NCBI RefSeq assembly: GCF_009834535.1
Contig: NC_045722.1
Location: 744,001-808,000 of the forward strand
Direction: 5' to 3'
Source: Camelus ferus
Taxonomy: Eukaryota
Length of the DNA stretch: 64,000 bases
Shown here: positions 1-12,780 of the stretch, in pieces
Layout: every line of letters starts with the position of its first letter
Position numbering within the stretch: the stretch's first letter is position 1
Made by a program: the position numbers and the translations under genes
The notes under the pieces: model-generated
Databases searched by the model: none
What the model saw: only the letters and a program-made list of their open reading frames with translations
What the model was told of the DNA's origin: nothing

Positions 1-590
1 CTTTTTTTTCTTTCAACACTGGAAAATTATTATTCTGTTCCCTTCTGACCTCCACGATTTCTCATGAGAATTCAAATTGTCATTTAAATTGTTTCTCTCT
101 TGCTTCTTTCAAGATTTACATAGTACTTCTTTCAATATTTTTTCTTTTTCTTTAGAGTTTTCAGAAATTTGACCATGATATTTCTTGACATGGATTTCTT
201 TGGATTTATTCTGTTTGAGATTCACTCAGCTTCTTGAATCTGTAAATTCATGTCTTTTGCCAAATTTGGGAAACTTTCAGCCATTAGTATGTCTTTGAAT
301 ACTGCTTCCAACTTTCTTTCTCCTTTCCTTCCAAGGTTCAGATGACATGAATGTGAGACCTTGTAGTTACAGTCTCACAAGGCCCTGAGGCTCTGTCCAC
401 TCTTCTTTCCTCCCGCTTCCTCTGTGCTGTTCAGTTGGACGATCGCTGCTGTTCTGTCGTCAGCGCAGTGCCGCCTTCCTCTTCCCCCTCCTTTCTGCCA
501 TCGAGCCTGCCCATCGAGCTTTTTCACTTCATAGTCCTCTAAATGATTTAGAGTTTGTCTAAAATTCAGCTTTAATTTTTCATTGCTATA
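1..590 (-). mobile_element. Ancient L1M fragment (antisense)
   Basis: T-rich antisense L1 motifs such as ttggatttattctgtttgagattcactcagcttcttgaatctgtaaattcatgtcttttgccaaatttggg; similar to the L1M piece near 11090-11200. Confidence 0.7.
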
Positions 591-1089
591 GGCAATTAAC
601 CAGTGCACACTATTTTACTAGAAACATTCATTGTACTTTAAAATCAGTTTGATGCCAAACCTCAAGCCTTTTCTTTTAAAAGCCTTTAGCTAAATACATA
701 TGCTATTAATTTAAAACTGTTCTAGTTTACAGGCTCATAATTAATAATGTCATGAACTATAACCAAGCTCATATAAAAATAAAATATAATTCATATTAAG
801 TATTATCAGAGAATTATAACACATTTTAATGGAAAAATTCTATTTGTCCTTATGATTTAACAATATTATGTAGGTTTATAATAACCCACATTTTTTAAGA
901 AACCAAGTGTTTGGTTTGTAACACATTTCAAGTGAAATCCTATTTTCACATTATATTTATTTATTTTTCAATACAGTTCTTGAAAAGTTTAGCTATATTA
1001 GCTCAAGTGCAAAAATTCAAATTCTGCATAGGTTTGAATGTGCCCTATTTACTTTCCAGTTTTGTATTCTGTGATAACTACACAATCAC

Positions 1090-2250
1090 CATACAAATAA
1101 AACACATAAAANNNNNNNNNNNNNNNNNNNNNNNNNNNNNNNNNNNNNNNNNNNNNNNNNNNNNNNNNNNNNNNNNNNNNNNNNNNNNNNNNNNNNNNNN
1201 NNNNNNNNNNNNNNNNNNNNNNNNNNNNNNNNNNNNNNNNNNNNNNAATGGGCTAATTTCCAAACTATACAAACAGCTTATACAGCTTAATAACAAAAAC
1301 AAACAAACAACCCAGTCAGAAACTGAGCAGAAGACCTAAATAGACATTTCTCCAAAAAGATACCCAGATGGCCAGCAGGCACATGGAAAGATGCTCAGTG
1401 TTGCTAATTATTAGAGAAATGCAAATCAAAACTAGACTGAGGTATCACCTCACCCCTGTCAGAATGGCCATCATTAAAAAGTCCACAAATGCTAAATGCT
1501 GGAGAGNNNNNNNNNNNNNNNNNNNNNNNNNNNNNNNNNNNNNNNNNNNNNNNNNNNNNNNNNNNNNNNNNNNNNNNNNNNNNNNNNNNNNNNNNNNNNN
1601 NNNNNNNNNNNNNNNNNNNNNNNNNNNNNNNNNNNNNNNNNNNNNNNNNNNNNNNAACTGTAATTCAAAAAGACACATGCACCCCAGTGTTCATAGTAGC
1701 ACTATATACAACAGCCAAGACATGGAAACAATGTAAATGTCCATGGACAGATGACTGGATAAAGAAGTTATGGCATGTTTACACAGTGGAATACTATTCA
1801 GCCATAGAAAATAATAATGCCATTTGCAGGAACATGGATGGCTCTGGAGATCATCATACTAAGTGAAGTAACCCAGAAAGAGAAAGAAAAATACCATATG
1901 ATATCACTCATTGTGGAATCTAAAAAAAAAAAAAAGACAAATGAACTTATTTGCAAAACAGAAATAGACTCACAGACATAGAAAACAAACTTATGGTTAC
2001 CAGAGGGGAAGGGGATGGGAAGGAATAAATTAGGAGTTCAAGATTTGCAGATCCTGGCTAGTATATATAAAATAGATAAACAAGTTTATACTGTAGAGCA
2101 CAGGGAACTATATTCGATATCTTGTAGTAGCTTACGGTGAAAAAGAATATGAAAACCAATATATATATTCATGTATGACTGAAGCATTATACTGTACACC
2201 AGAAATTGACACATTGTAAACGGATTATACTTCAGTTAGAAAAAAAAGAA
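1090..2250 (+). mobile_element. 5'-truncated young L1 (ORF2 C-terminus, 3' UTR, A-rich tail)
   Basis: ORF 1368..1736 reads [35 protein letters not shown], the L1 ORF2 C-terminal Cys-rich region. Artiodactyl-type 3' UTR follows; A-rich end at ~2240-2250; two N runs inside. Confidence 0.93.
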
Positions 2251-3137
2251 ATTTTATATTAACTTCCTCTCACTTTGAAGTAATTTTGTGTCTAGGGAGT
2301 AAAACATAGATATCTAAAGACTCCTTCAGTGACCAACTTCAGTCCAGTTCCCTTTCCTCAGAGGCGAATACCTGCATGAATTTGGTGTGTTATCCTTTGA
2401 ATCCATTAAAAAAAAATTCTCAATTCGCAGACAGAATGCATGCTACTATGTCACTGACCCATAAAAAGTTACAAGGATCATACAAAACCTCCCTTATGTT
2501 TTATATCTTTTTTCACTCATCATCATCAAATGTGTCTTGGAATATGCAAAACTCTTCTCAGCATGACACAAAATGCAGAATCTGCTGTTAGAAGCTATGT
2601 CTCTAGGAGACAAGTCTGGGATCTTCCCACTATCACATTGCCTCACTAAACTGTTCTGATTAAGATTTTTTTAAAAAAGAAATATGCTTTCAATTTTGAT
2701 TAAACTTCCATCTGGTCTTTCTAAGTTGTAACAGAAGAGTTGAGAAAGGAGATAAAGTATTTTTGCACTATTTTGTGCTTGCCAAAGATAAGGATAGCAG
2801 AAAGCTGGTTGCATTTTGCCTGCAGAGGGAGGGTTCGGCCAGGAGGTGCTCATCAGTGCTCAAGGCAGTAAGTCACTTTGTGTCTGTGACAGTGGCGAGG
2901 TCAGTTCAGAATTCTAGCACCTAAAATTAAAACCTTCTGACTTTGGACTGCGGAAGTTGAGCAGAATTTTAGAATATATTATTTCAATAATATTATATTC
3001 AATAATTATATTCAATTCAGTAATATTATATTCAGTAATCTTTTATTTTCTGCATTATAAATGAGAGACTTTACCACTCAGATCCTGCAAAATGCCAGTA
3101 CAAATAGAGCCAAGACTAAAATGTTGATGATTTAGAT

Positions 3138-3345
3138 CAGGAATCAGCAAACTTTTTCTGTAAAGGGCCCAAGAGTAAGCATTTTTGGCAACATGGTCTC
3201 TGTTGCAACTATTCAGCTCCTGAGGCCAAAAGCAGCCATAGAGAATACATTAACAAATGGGCAAGACTGGCCAGGTTCCAAAATACCTTTATTTATAAAA
3301 ACATTTGGGTGGATGTGATCCACAGGCTGTAGTCAGATCTTTGCT
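3138..3345. mobile_element. MER58A-like hAT DNA transposon relic
   Basis: caggaatcagcaaactttttctgtaaagggcc...aaaagcagccatagagaatac matches the recalled MER58 consensus. Confidence 0.8.
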
Positions 3346-3355
3346 GGGTTGAAGG

Positions 3356-3758
3356 CAGTGGTACACTGGTAAATGTTTCACAACTGGCTTTTCTGGGGGA
3401 TGGGTAAGCCCTAATTTACAGCATTTGCCCATTTACATGGTGCAAATACTCTCACCATGGTCAACTTCACGCTACCTACTTGACATCACTTAATAGGAAG
3501 GTGACAGAGATCAACAGTGGCACCCCAGTGCACAGCATTTCTCACGAGCATAAACAATAGTAAAATGAGAAAAAATAGTAAGAAAGGGATGAGTTTCGAA
3601 TGTTTATTCCCTTTGTATTGAGTGCATTTTATTTAATTGTAAATGTGTATAATTTAATTTTTAATGATGTCTCTATTTGCCATCTGACTCACAAAATTTC
3701 TAAAAATTTACTAATTGGCTCTGGTGAGCCAGACTGGACCTACTACGGCACACCACTG
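3356..3758. mobile_element. MER63-like hAT DNA transposon relic
   Basis: Terminal inverted repeats cagtggtacactgg (3356) and cggcacaccactg (3758); internal sequence resembles the recalled MER63 consensus. Confidence 0.75.
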
Positions 3759-3928
3759 TGTCGGAGAGCATAATCCAGAATTCTGTCTTAGTGAGTTTCC
3801 TGTTGAATCATAAATTATATGGGGGAGTAAAAGCAAAGACATACAGAGAATTGTGTTAATATGCAACTTCTGCACTAACCTTGAAAAAATGATTTTGTTC
3901 ATTTAAATGAGAGTTGACTGTCAAAGAT

Positions 3929-4017
3929 GGGGAGGGTGTAGCTTAGTGGAAGAGTGTGTGCTTAGCGTGCACGAGGTCCTGGGTTCAATCCCCAGGGCCT
4001 CCATTTAAAAAAAAAAA
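3929..4017 (+). mobile_element. tRNA-Ala-derived SINE (vic-1 type, camelid)
   Basis: ggggagggtgtagcttagtggaagag...cttagcgtgcacgaggtcctgggttcaatccccagggcctcca with A and B boxes and an AGC anticodon-like loop, followed by an A tail. Confidence 0.85.
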
Positions 4018-4139
4018 CCGTGCTTTATTTCTTGGCTCTTTATCTCAACTTTAGCATAAGAAGTAAATTTAGGCCAGTAGATTCTGTCAGCACGTCATGC
4101 ATGGTAATAAACACCACTTCTGTCTGGTTTTTCCTCAAG

Positions 4140-5158
4140 GACTAACTGTGATGCCTGACGAAGAACAAAACTTGAATCATTACGTGCAAGTTTTACAGAA
4201 CCTAATACTAAGTGTTCCCACCAAGGGGCCAGGTCATCAGAGAAAATCAAAGACTCCAAGTAATGTTAATTCTGCAGCATCGAGAGTATCAAAGTTTAAG
4301 GAGGTGAAGTCGCACGATGAAGCCACAGCTGAGAACGATGTGTTGATCAGTCCTGTCACTGACGAAACTACAACTTTCCCTACCAGGGGCTTCACGTTGG
4401 AAGTAGAGAGGGAAAAACACACTAAAAGCACAGCGTTCTGGTCAATTAAGCCAAATAACATTTCTGTTGTTTTACATGCGAAAGAACCTTACATTGAAAA
4501 AGAAGAGCCGGAGCCGGAGCCGGAGCTGCCTGTAAGACAGACTGAGGCACCGAAGCCAGTGCCAAATGCCACCGAACTGCCCACAAGGGAGAACACCGTC
4601 GTGGACACCGCCACAGAGCTGGAGGACGTTCCTCAGCTCTCGGGAGACTACGAAGCGGAACAGTCTGAAGCACTGACGTTTGAAGAACACCCACAGGATT
4701 TGTATAATGAACGCATCCTGAAAAAAATTTCAGATATCAGTGCGCAGGTGCAGCGGGTGCCTCTTCCTGAGAGCCTCAAGCCAGAATACAGAGCGGACAT
4801 CGAAGCTGCCAAAGAGCACCTCAAACGGAGCCTTGCTCTGGCAGCCGCAGCAGAGCATAAAGTGGAGAAGATGTACAAATCTCAGATGTTACCGCTAGGG
4901 CGGAGCAGCGGGGGGGCCGACGACGTTGAAACTGTTATTAACGTGCTGTATAATTCTAGATCTAGGCTACCTGAATATTTCAATATTAGGTATGTTCCGC
5001 CAGGGATGAGAGCAAAAGCTACTATAGTATCCAACACATTGAGAAAAATACTTTGTGTAAGTCTAGGGGAAACGGAAAACCTTATTAGGAAGCTATTAAA
5101 CAATAACATAAAAATGTTAAACCTACTTAATACCCACGACAAAGCTGACTTAGGCTGA
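4140..5158 (+). CDS. SPESP1: Sperm equatorial segment protein 1, large coding exon 2 (signal-peptide exon lies upstream of the window)
   Basis: Translation has the SPESP1 hallmarks PDEEQNLNHYVQVLQNL, FWSIKPNNISVVLHA, EEPEPEPE and KEHLKRSLALAAAAEHK. Acceptor ttttcctcaag ends at 4139 (phase 1); stop TGA at 5156-5158; no disruptions. Confidence 0.97.
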
Positions 5159-5302
5159 CTGCGTTCATTCACAGAAGAAATAAGCACATTAGTGATTCAA
5201 AAGTTGTATAAAATTTTTCTGTTGTAGTTCAGTGTGCTAACATCTCTTCATGTCACGTGTTAACGAAAATTTTTCATATGCACTAAAAACCTAACAGTTA
5301 AA

Positions 5303-5308
5303 AATAAA
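5303..5308 (+). promoter_or_regulatory. Probable SPESP1 polyadenylation signal
   Basis: AATAAA about 145 nt after the stop codon, followed by a T/GT-rich tract. Confidence 0.65.
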
Positions 5309-5869
5309 ATTTTTGTTCAGGAATTTGTAGTTTTTTCTTGTTAATTTTCAAAGTTATGAAGATCTAATCTTTACAGTGGTTAAGCTTTGATTTTACTTGA
5401 ATAGATTAGTTAAATTCATTCATTTTATAAGACTGAAGAGACTGCAATCTATACATGTAGCTGATTTTAAATAATTGCATAGAAGTGTAAAATTTTAGTA
5501 TATGTGATCTTGACTGCTTTTTCAGAGAATCTGAGTTTTCTATTTAAAAAACAGCACAGTTGGAGCTTGTATCAGAGCCGCTTTATCTGAATGCGTGTGC
5601 GCCTTCTTTGGTACGTGGATGGTGTATCAAGATACACCCCTGCTCCTTTGCTGTTACGTTCTTTTGGAGCGTGAGTGAGGGACTGTGACCTGGATTTGCA
5701 GTGCAGTTATTCTCGCTGTGTCTTCTTTTTGTTGGTCTGTGTACATATACACTGAAGCTTTGCAAATGTTTTATTTGGGAGTATGACTAATACCCTTAAG
5801 GTTTCTGCAATATTGTAATTATGGTGAAGATGATTCTCTTTCATTGTTTGACTGGTATTATATTTAAGT

Positions 5870-6000
5870 TCATTTATTTATTCATTCATCTGTCCAGTCA
5901 TTTATAGTTCAAGAAGGATTTACTGACCTTTTATTACATGCAGGACAAACTGCTAGGCTTTGGGGACACAATAGAAAGACTTAATTCCTTCTCTCTTTGA
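5870..6000 (-). mobile_element. L2 3'-end relic
   Basis: ttcatttattattcattcat...tgctaggctttggggacaca resembles the antisense L2 terminus. Confidence 0.6.
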
Positions 6001-6499
6001 AGTTATATTATAGCAGCAAAGACAGACATAACCTCCAACACTTTTAACATTCCTTTTGTGCTAAGTCGTTGTGGAAGTGCTGAGAAGTTTGACCGCCCCA
6101 GGCCCAAGATCGATGGGGAAGCTGCCCTGAGAGAGTGGTGTGTGCAGTGACAGCTCCGGGTAGGGGCGCGGGCAAGGGAGAGGGGGCCTTCCAGGCAGAG
6201 GGGCAGTGTGTGTGGGCGCCCTGGGCTGAGAGTGAGGGTGGCAAGCTCAAGGAGGCGGTCTGTGTTGTATGGAAACACTCTGGCCTAGATTGAAAGCAGA
6301 CAGAAGCGCCCGAAGCCCGGACGAACCTGGCTTAGACCAGAGGGAGGGAGGTGGCGGTCGCGGTGGAGTCAGCAGGGTTTGGTGACTGAACGGACCATGG
6401 GGACTGAGGGAGGAGCAGCGATCAAAATAATTCCCACGTAATTCCTGTGTTGTAAAAGGGGCTGCACAGGTTTATCCATAGTAACACTCTTTACTACTG

Positions 6500-9400
6500 C
6501 TGCTGATTTTTTAAAAACATGTGCAACAGCAAACAGATTAATGTAATGAAGCCATGTACCTACACCAGTTCCAGCAGCTGCCTGCCAGTGAGCGGCCCGT
6601 CTCCCTCGAGCCCCTGCCCCTTTCCTTCTTCCCTGTTTTATGTTGGATTAAGTGTCAGATACTTTTTCATTTTATCTATAAATAGAACAATGTGATGCTC
6701 TGTAAGCTTTTAAAAAATCACTACTGCAATATCACACAAAGATTTAACCGTTTTTAGATCGTCGAATCTAGTCAGTGTTCAAATTTTCAATTGTCTAATA
6801 ATTTTAAAATTTAGGCTATGTTTGTATGAATCAAGATCAAGATCTGAAAGTTTACATGTGGAGATTGGTTGATTTCACTCATTAAGTCTCTGTTAACCTA
6901 AAGATTTCCTTCCACCTCTTTTTTCCTTTTCCCCTTGAAACTTATTTGTCAAAGAAATGGTCGTTTGACCTGCGGTTTTACACAGCGAGGACTTTGCTGA
7001 GTGTGTCCCCACAGTGCCGTTTAGTCTGTGTTCCTGTCCTCCGCGCTTTCGGTGATTTGGTCGTTGGAGCTAGAGAGGCTTTATTAGACCCAGTCTGTTT
7101 GCTTTTGTTTTTGATTTTTGTCAATATCGTATTGTATTCTTCCGTCTGGTATGTCACTTTTCTATGTTTAGCAGCCTTCGGTGACTCTTGCCTAGGTAGA
7201 TTCATTGATCAGCTGTTGCGGAAGGGGGCTGTCGTTCCTTCGTTGGCTGGAATGTGTCTAAGAAGAGAAAGTCCCTCCCATCCGTTGAGTCCCAGTGGTC
7301 CAGTGTGTATTGGAAAGGCGTCAGATGCGTGAATCTTCCTCTGTGTTTAATGGTTTTCAAAATAATTAGTTCATAGAGTCCTCCAGTGGTGACCCGTTTT
7401 AAACACTTAGATATTTATTCTTTTAGAGCAGTTACGTGCTGACAGAAGAATTAATCAGGAAGTGCAGAGCTCCCATCCCCTCCCTCTCCTCCCCCGTAGT
7501 CTCCGCTGTCACTCACATCTCGTGTTAGTGTGGTGCACGTGTCTCGGTTGGTGAAGCAACGTTGACCCCTGTCATTGCTGAGGTCCGCAGCGTACCTTTG
7601 TGTTGTAGGCACATTCTGCTGGCTTTGACAAATGTAAGACGACGTGTGTCCGCCATTGTGGCGTCCCGCACAGTAGTTTCACTGCCCTAAAGCTCACTGT
7701 GCTCCACCCGCTCGTCTCTCCCTCTCCCTCCCCTCCAACCCACGCAGCGCTGGTGTTTTTACTGTTCCTGTACCTCTGCTTTCTCCAGAATGTCATATGG
7801 TTAAACTCATGCAGTAGGTAACCATGTCAGATTGCCTTCTTTCACTTAGCAATATGCATTTAAGATCCTTCCATGTCTTTTTGTGGCTTGACAGCTCATT
7901 TCTGTTAGTGTCAAATAATATTCTATTGTNNNNNNNNNNNNNNNNNNNNNNNNNNNNNNNNNNNNNNNNNNNNNNNNNNNNNNNNNNNNNNNNNNNNNNN
8001 NNNNNNNNNNNNNNNNNNNNNNNNNNNNNNNNNNNNNNNNNNNNNNNNNNNNNNNNNNTCCTCTGGGTAAATACCGGGAGCACAGTTGCTGGATCGTATA
8101 GTGAGAGCTTGTTTAGTTCTGTAGAAACCACCAAGCCGTCTCCCAAAGGGGCTGCACCATTTTACATTCCCCCCAGCAGTGAATGAGGCTTTCTGTTCCT
8201 CCGTATTCTCACCAGCGTTTGATGCTGTCAGTGTTCTGGATTTTTACCATTCTCACAGGTGTGTGTAGTAGTCTTATTGTTGTGACCTATTATTTTTTAA
8301 TTAAACTTTTTATTTTGTGATAATTATAAATACACAGTTGTGAGAAATAATACGAAGGAATCTAGTTAATGTGCTCTTTACTCATATCACCCAGTGGTAA
8401 TACCTTTAAAAATTACAGCACAGTGTCACACTCAAGATACAAATATCGACACAAGATACAGAGCACTTCCCTCACCATGAGGACCCCTCCGATTGCCGCC
8501 TTACAGCCACACCCACCTCCCTCATGCCTTCGCATCTCCCTAACCACTGGCAGCCACTATTCTGCTCTCATTTTCAGTAACTTTGTCATTTCAAGAATGA
8601 TATAAATAGAATTACACAGTACATAATCCTTGGGGATTGACTTTTTTCACTCAACTTTTTCTCCAGAGGCTTATCAAGGTTGTTGCATGTATCAATTCAC
8701 TCCTTTTTAATTGCTGAGTAATATTCCACAGTTTGTTTAGACAGTCACCTGTTTAAGATCTTCTGGGTTGTTTCTAGTTTGGGGCTATTACAAAGCTCCT
8801 ATAAACATTCATTTACAAATTGTTTTGAGCATAGGTTTCATTTCTGAGGCATAAATGTATGGTAGTTGTATGGTAGTTGCATATTCAGTTTTATAAGAAG
8901 CTTCCCACTGTTTTCCAGAATGGCTGTACCATTTCATACAGCACCAGCAATATATGAGTTTCTCTGAAACCTTGCCAGCATTTGATGTTATCACTGTTAC
9001 TTAATGTATTGATTTTAAAGTGTACACTTCAGTGGGTTTAGTATATTCATGAAGTTTTACAACCATCACACTCTCTAGTTCCAGAATCTCATCACCCCAA
9101 AAAGAAGCCCCCTACCCACTGGCAGTCCCTCCCGAGTCATCTCCCCCAGCCACTAGCAGCCACTAATCTGTGTCGTGTCCCTGTGGATTTGTCTCTTCCG
9201 GACACTTGGTTTGATCACACAATATGTATTCCGTTGTGACTGACTTCTTTCACTTCACGTGATGTTTCGTCCATTCTGTAGCATGCGGCAGTGCTTCGTT
9301 ACCTGCTACGGCTGAGTACTGTTCCACTGTGTGGTATACCACATTGTGTTTGTATATTCATCAGTTGACAGACATTTGGGTTGTGTTGGCTTTTTGACTA

Positions 9401-9990
9401 TTTCTAGTAATGCTGTTACTGATACATATGTACATATTTTTTGTGGGCATATGTTTTACATTCTCTTGGGTGCACACCTAGGAGCAGAGTTGCTAGGTCA
9501 TGTGGTAACTTTATGTACAACTTTTTGAGGGGCTTCCAGACTCCTCCAAAGGAGTGAACCATTTTACATTCCCGGTAGCAATGTATGAGGGTTTCAGTTT
9601 CTCCACATCCTCCCTGACTGTTACCAAAGTCTGTCCTTTTTTAGCATAGCAGTCCTTGTGAGAGTAAAATGGTGTATCTCTATGGTTTTGACTTGTATTT
9701 CTCTAATCTCTAGTGGCGTCAAGCACCTTTTAACGTGCCTATTCGCCATTTGTGCATCTTCTTTGAAGGAAAGTCTATTTAGATCCTTTGCCATTTTAAA
9801 GTTGGGTTCTTGCCTTTTTATTATTGAGTTGTAAGAATTCTTTACGTACTTTGAATACTGGCTCCTTATTAGATTTATAATTTGAAGATATTTTCTTTCT
9901 GTCTTTTGTCTTTTTACTTTAACAGTATCATTTGCAGCACAAAAGTTTTAAATTTTCATGTAGTAAAATTTCTACTTCCTTTGGCTACTT
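6500..9990 (-). mobile_element. Nested cluster of old L1M (MA/MB/MC-type) 3' fragments
   Basis: Repeated antisense L1 3' motifs (ccattttacattcccccagcagtgaatgagg; tgagtaatattccac; ccattttacattcccggtagcaatgtatgagg). Internal boundaries are approximate. Confidence 0.75.
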
Positions 9991-10032
9991 GCACTTTGGT
10001 GTTACATCTAAAAAACAGCTGCCAAATGCAAG

Positions 10033-10336
10033 ATCCCTCGTTCAGTATGACTGGTGTGTCCTTACAGAAAGGTAAAAATGCCGTGTGAAACCAAAGACGC
10101 AGAGAGAGTACCCTGTGATGGTGGAGGCAGAGAGCAGAATGCCAGGGACCAACAGGCACCATCAGAAGCTGTGAAGAGGAAAGGAAAGCTTCTACCCAGA
10201 GTCCCAGAGTGGGGGCGGTCCTGCTGACACCTTCATTTTGGAATTTTAGCCTCCAAAACCGTGACAATAAATCTCTGTTGTTTAAAGCCAGCCAGTTTGT
10301 GCTACTTTGTTATGGAAGCCCCAGAAAACTAAAATA
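10033..10336 (+). mobile_element. MLT1 (ERVL-MaLR) solo LTR
   Basis: Typical MLT1 end: ctgctgacaccttcattttggaattttagcctccaaaaccgtgacaataaatctctgttgtttaaagcc...gccccagaaaactaaaata. Confidence 0.85.
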
Positions 10337-10339
10337 GTC

Positions 10340-12290
10340 ATGGTGTTTAGTTTTTTTAAATATCTTGTTTAGTTCTATATGCTAATATTTATTAAGGGTT
10401 TTTGCATCTATATTAATGAAAACTATTGGCNNNNNNNNNNNNNNNNNNNNNNNNNNNNNNNNNNNNNNNNNNNNNNNNNNNNNNNNNNNNNNNNNNNNNN
10501 NNNNNNNNNNNNNNNNNNNNNNNNNNNNNNNNNNNNNNNNNNNNNNNNNNNNNNNNNNNNNNNNNNNNNNNNNNNNNNNNNNNNNNNNNNNNNNNNNNNN
10601 NNNNNNNNNNNNNNNNNNNNNNNNNNNNNNNNNNNNNNNNNNNNNNNNNNNNNNNNNNNNNNNNNNNNNNNNNNNNNCAGTTTTCGTGTCAGCATCATCA
10701 AATATTAGCAACATGAAATGAATCAGGGAGTGTTCCTCTTTCTTCTATTTTCTGGAAGAGATTGTGTGAGTTGGTGTTAATTCTCTTAATATTTGGTGAA
10801 GTTTCTCCAGTGTATCCTTAGTTTTCCCTTGTCTGAAAACATCTTCATTTCCCCTTCATTCCTAAAGGATATTTCTTTTGCTGGGCGTAGCTTTCTGGGT
10901 TGATAGTTTTTTTCTTTCATCATATGGAAAATGTTGGACTACTTTTTCCTGCCTCCATGGTTTTTGATGAGAAACCCACTGTAACTTGTTTTGTCTTTTC
11001 TTAGTGGTAAGATGTCACTTCTCTCTCACTGCTTTTCAAGGGTTTTTCTTTGATTTTAATTTCCAGAAGTTTGCCTACAATATGTCTTGATGTGGATTAT
11101 TTTGGATTTATCATGTTTGGAATTTGTTCAGCTTCTTGAATCTATAAGTTTATGCTTTTTTCCAAATTCAGAAAGTTTTCATCCATTGTTTCTTTGAATA
11201 CTGTTTCAACCCTACTTTCTTCTCTCTTTCTAGGACTTCAATGACATGCATGTTAGATCTTTTATTATAGCACCCTGGGTCCTGGGGCTCTTTTCATTTA
11301 TATTTTCAGTTTATTTTCTCCTTATTATCCAGATTGGGTTGTTTCTATTACTCTGTCTTCAAGTTTACGTATTCTTTCCTTTGTTCCCTCAATTCTTACT
11401 GTTGGGACCATTCACTGAACTTTTTGTTTCCGTTTTTTTGTTTTCCAGTCCTAAAATTTCCATTTGGTACTCCTTTATATCTTCTAATTCTTTACTAAGA
11501 CTATTTCTTCGGGGGGAGTTTATACTTTTTCATTTACATCAAGCATGTTTGTAAAGCTCATTGAAGCATTTTCACGATGGCTGCTTTAACATCTTTGTCG
11601 TATAATTGTAACGTCCCTGTTGTCTGTTGTTGGAATCTGTTGATCGTCATTCCTGCTGAGTTGGTGGGGAAAGCCCTGACTCTGCTCGGCGTGCTTTGAC
11701 GCCGCTACACTGGTGAGCAGGAAGGATGGCTTACTACTGCTGAGGAGAGATGGAAGTGCAGGCTCTCCGCGTGGCCCCCACTGACACATAGTGCAGGACT
11801 CAGTGCACCCGTCAGGACGGAAGTGCTGGCTCCCTCCTCAGCCTTCTCTGTCACCATCCTGCTGGGGGCAGCATGCCTGCTTGGTTCTTGCAGGTGGAAG
11901 TGGTTGGGTTGGAGGTCACAGTTTTTCTGTGATGTTTGGCTGGAATAGAGTGGTTTCTGTCTAAACATTTTCTGTATTGTTAGCCTGCCCCTTCCCAGAT
12001 CCTTCAGCTAGAGAAAGTGGCTTCTGTTGGGGATTTTATGTATGTGCCTCCTCCTGTGTCTGGGTCGTCAGCTTCTTTAGCTCCAAGTCTGGGATATACG
12101 AGGCAAAAGAAAGAGACCTGGAGAGGGCCCCGCCACCTTGCTTCCTGGGCTCAAAGTCTCTGGCCCGTACGCCTTCTTGTTTTCCTGCCTTTTAGGGTCT
12201 CCTTGTGTCTGTTTTGTGTATCATGTCCCAGGGTTTTAAGTGTGTTTAGGAGTTTGTACTTTATCCTAAAGGTAGAAAGAATATTTTGAA
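10340..12290 (-). mobile_element. Old L1 fragments (ORF2 RT piece then L1M 5' region)
   Basis: Antisense RT motif PIVFINIDAKTLNK next to the N run 10431-10677; L1M-type T-rich sequence follows. Confidence 0.7.
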
Positions 12291-12599
12291 GGATTTTAAG
12301 CATCTTTAACAAGTCATTCTCGTTGGCTGCAGTGCAGATAAAGGATAGGAGGGAACAAGACTGGAAGTAGAGGCTAGTTAGGAGCCTTACAGGGATCTGG
12401 TGAAAGCTGATGATTCCTGGATTTGGATGGTAACAGAGGAAGTAGAAATAAGGAGCTGGATCTGAGAGATGTTTAGGAATTAGGAATCAACAGAACTTGG
12501 TGATTGTTTGGTGTCCAGGACAAAGAAAGAAGTCAGCAGTGACTTTGTGTTTCTGACTTGAGCCATGGGGTGCATGGTAATGTACTTTGTTTTTTTAAT

Positions 12600-12780
12600 A
12601 GCACTTGTCACAATTACAATTTTATAGTTATTTGTATAATTATTTATTTAGTGTTTGTCTCCCTTCACCAGACTAAGTCTAGGGGAGAGGGGGCCATGAG
12701 AGTTTTGTTCACTGCTGTAAACTTAGTGTTTAGCACAATGTCTGGCCTGTAATTATATGCTCAATAAATATTAACACATT
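12600..12780 (+). mobile_element. L2 3'-end relic
   Basis: ttttgttcactgctgta...tttagcacaatgtctggcctgtaattatatgctcaataaatatt. Confidence 0.65.

Noticed and set aside
3929-4003. tRNA-Ala(AGC) genes here and at 28908-28982 (minus strand)
   Set aside because: Stems are broken, the 5' end is extended and A-rich or simple-repeat tails follow. These are tRNA-derived SINEs.
4097-4139. ATG at 4097 as the SPESP1 start (MHGNKHHFCLVFPQ)
   Set aside because: This is intronic sequence ending in a pyrimidine tract plus AG at 4138-4139. SPESP1 begins with a signal peptide encoded by an upstream exon outside the window.
5050-5158. SPESP1 C-terminus longer than the recalled human protein as a novelty
   Set aside because: As I recall, non-primate SPESP1 proteins have a similar tail, so the human form may be the shortened one. 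I cannot support novelty without an alignment.
1-11300. Similarity between 150-300 and ~11090-11200 as a segmental duplication
   Set aside because: Both are diverged copies of the same old L1M region.
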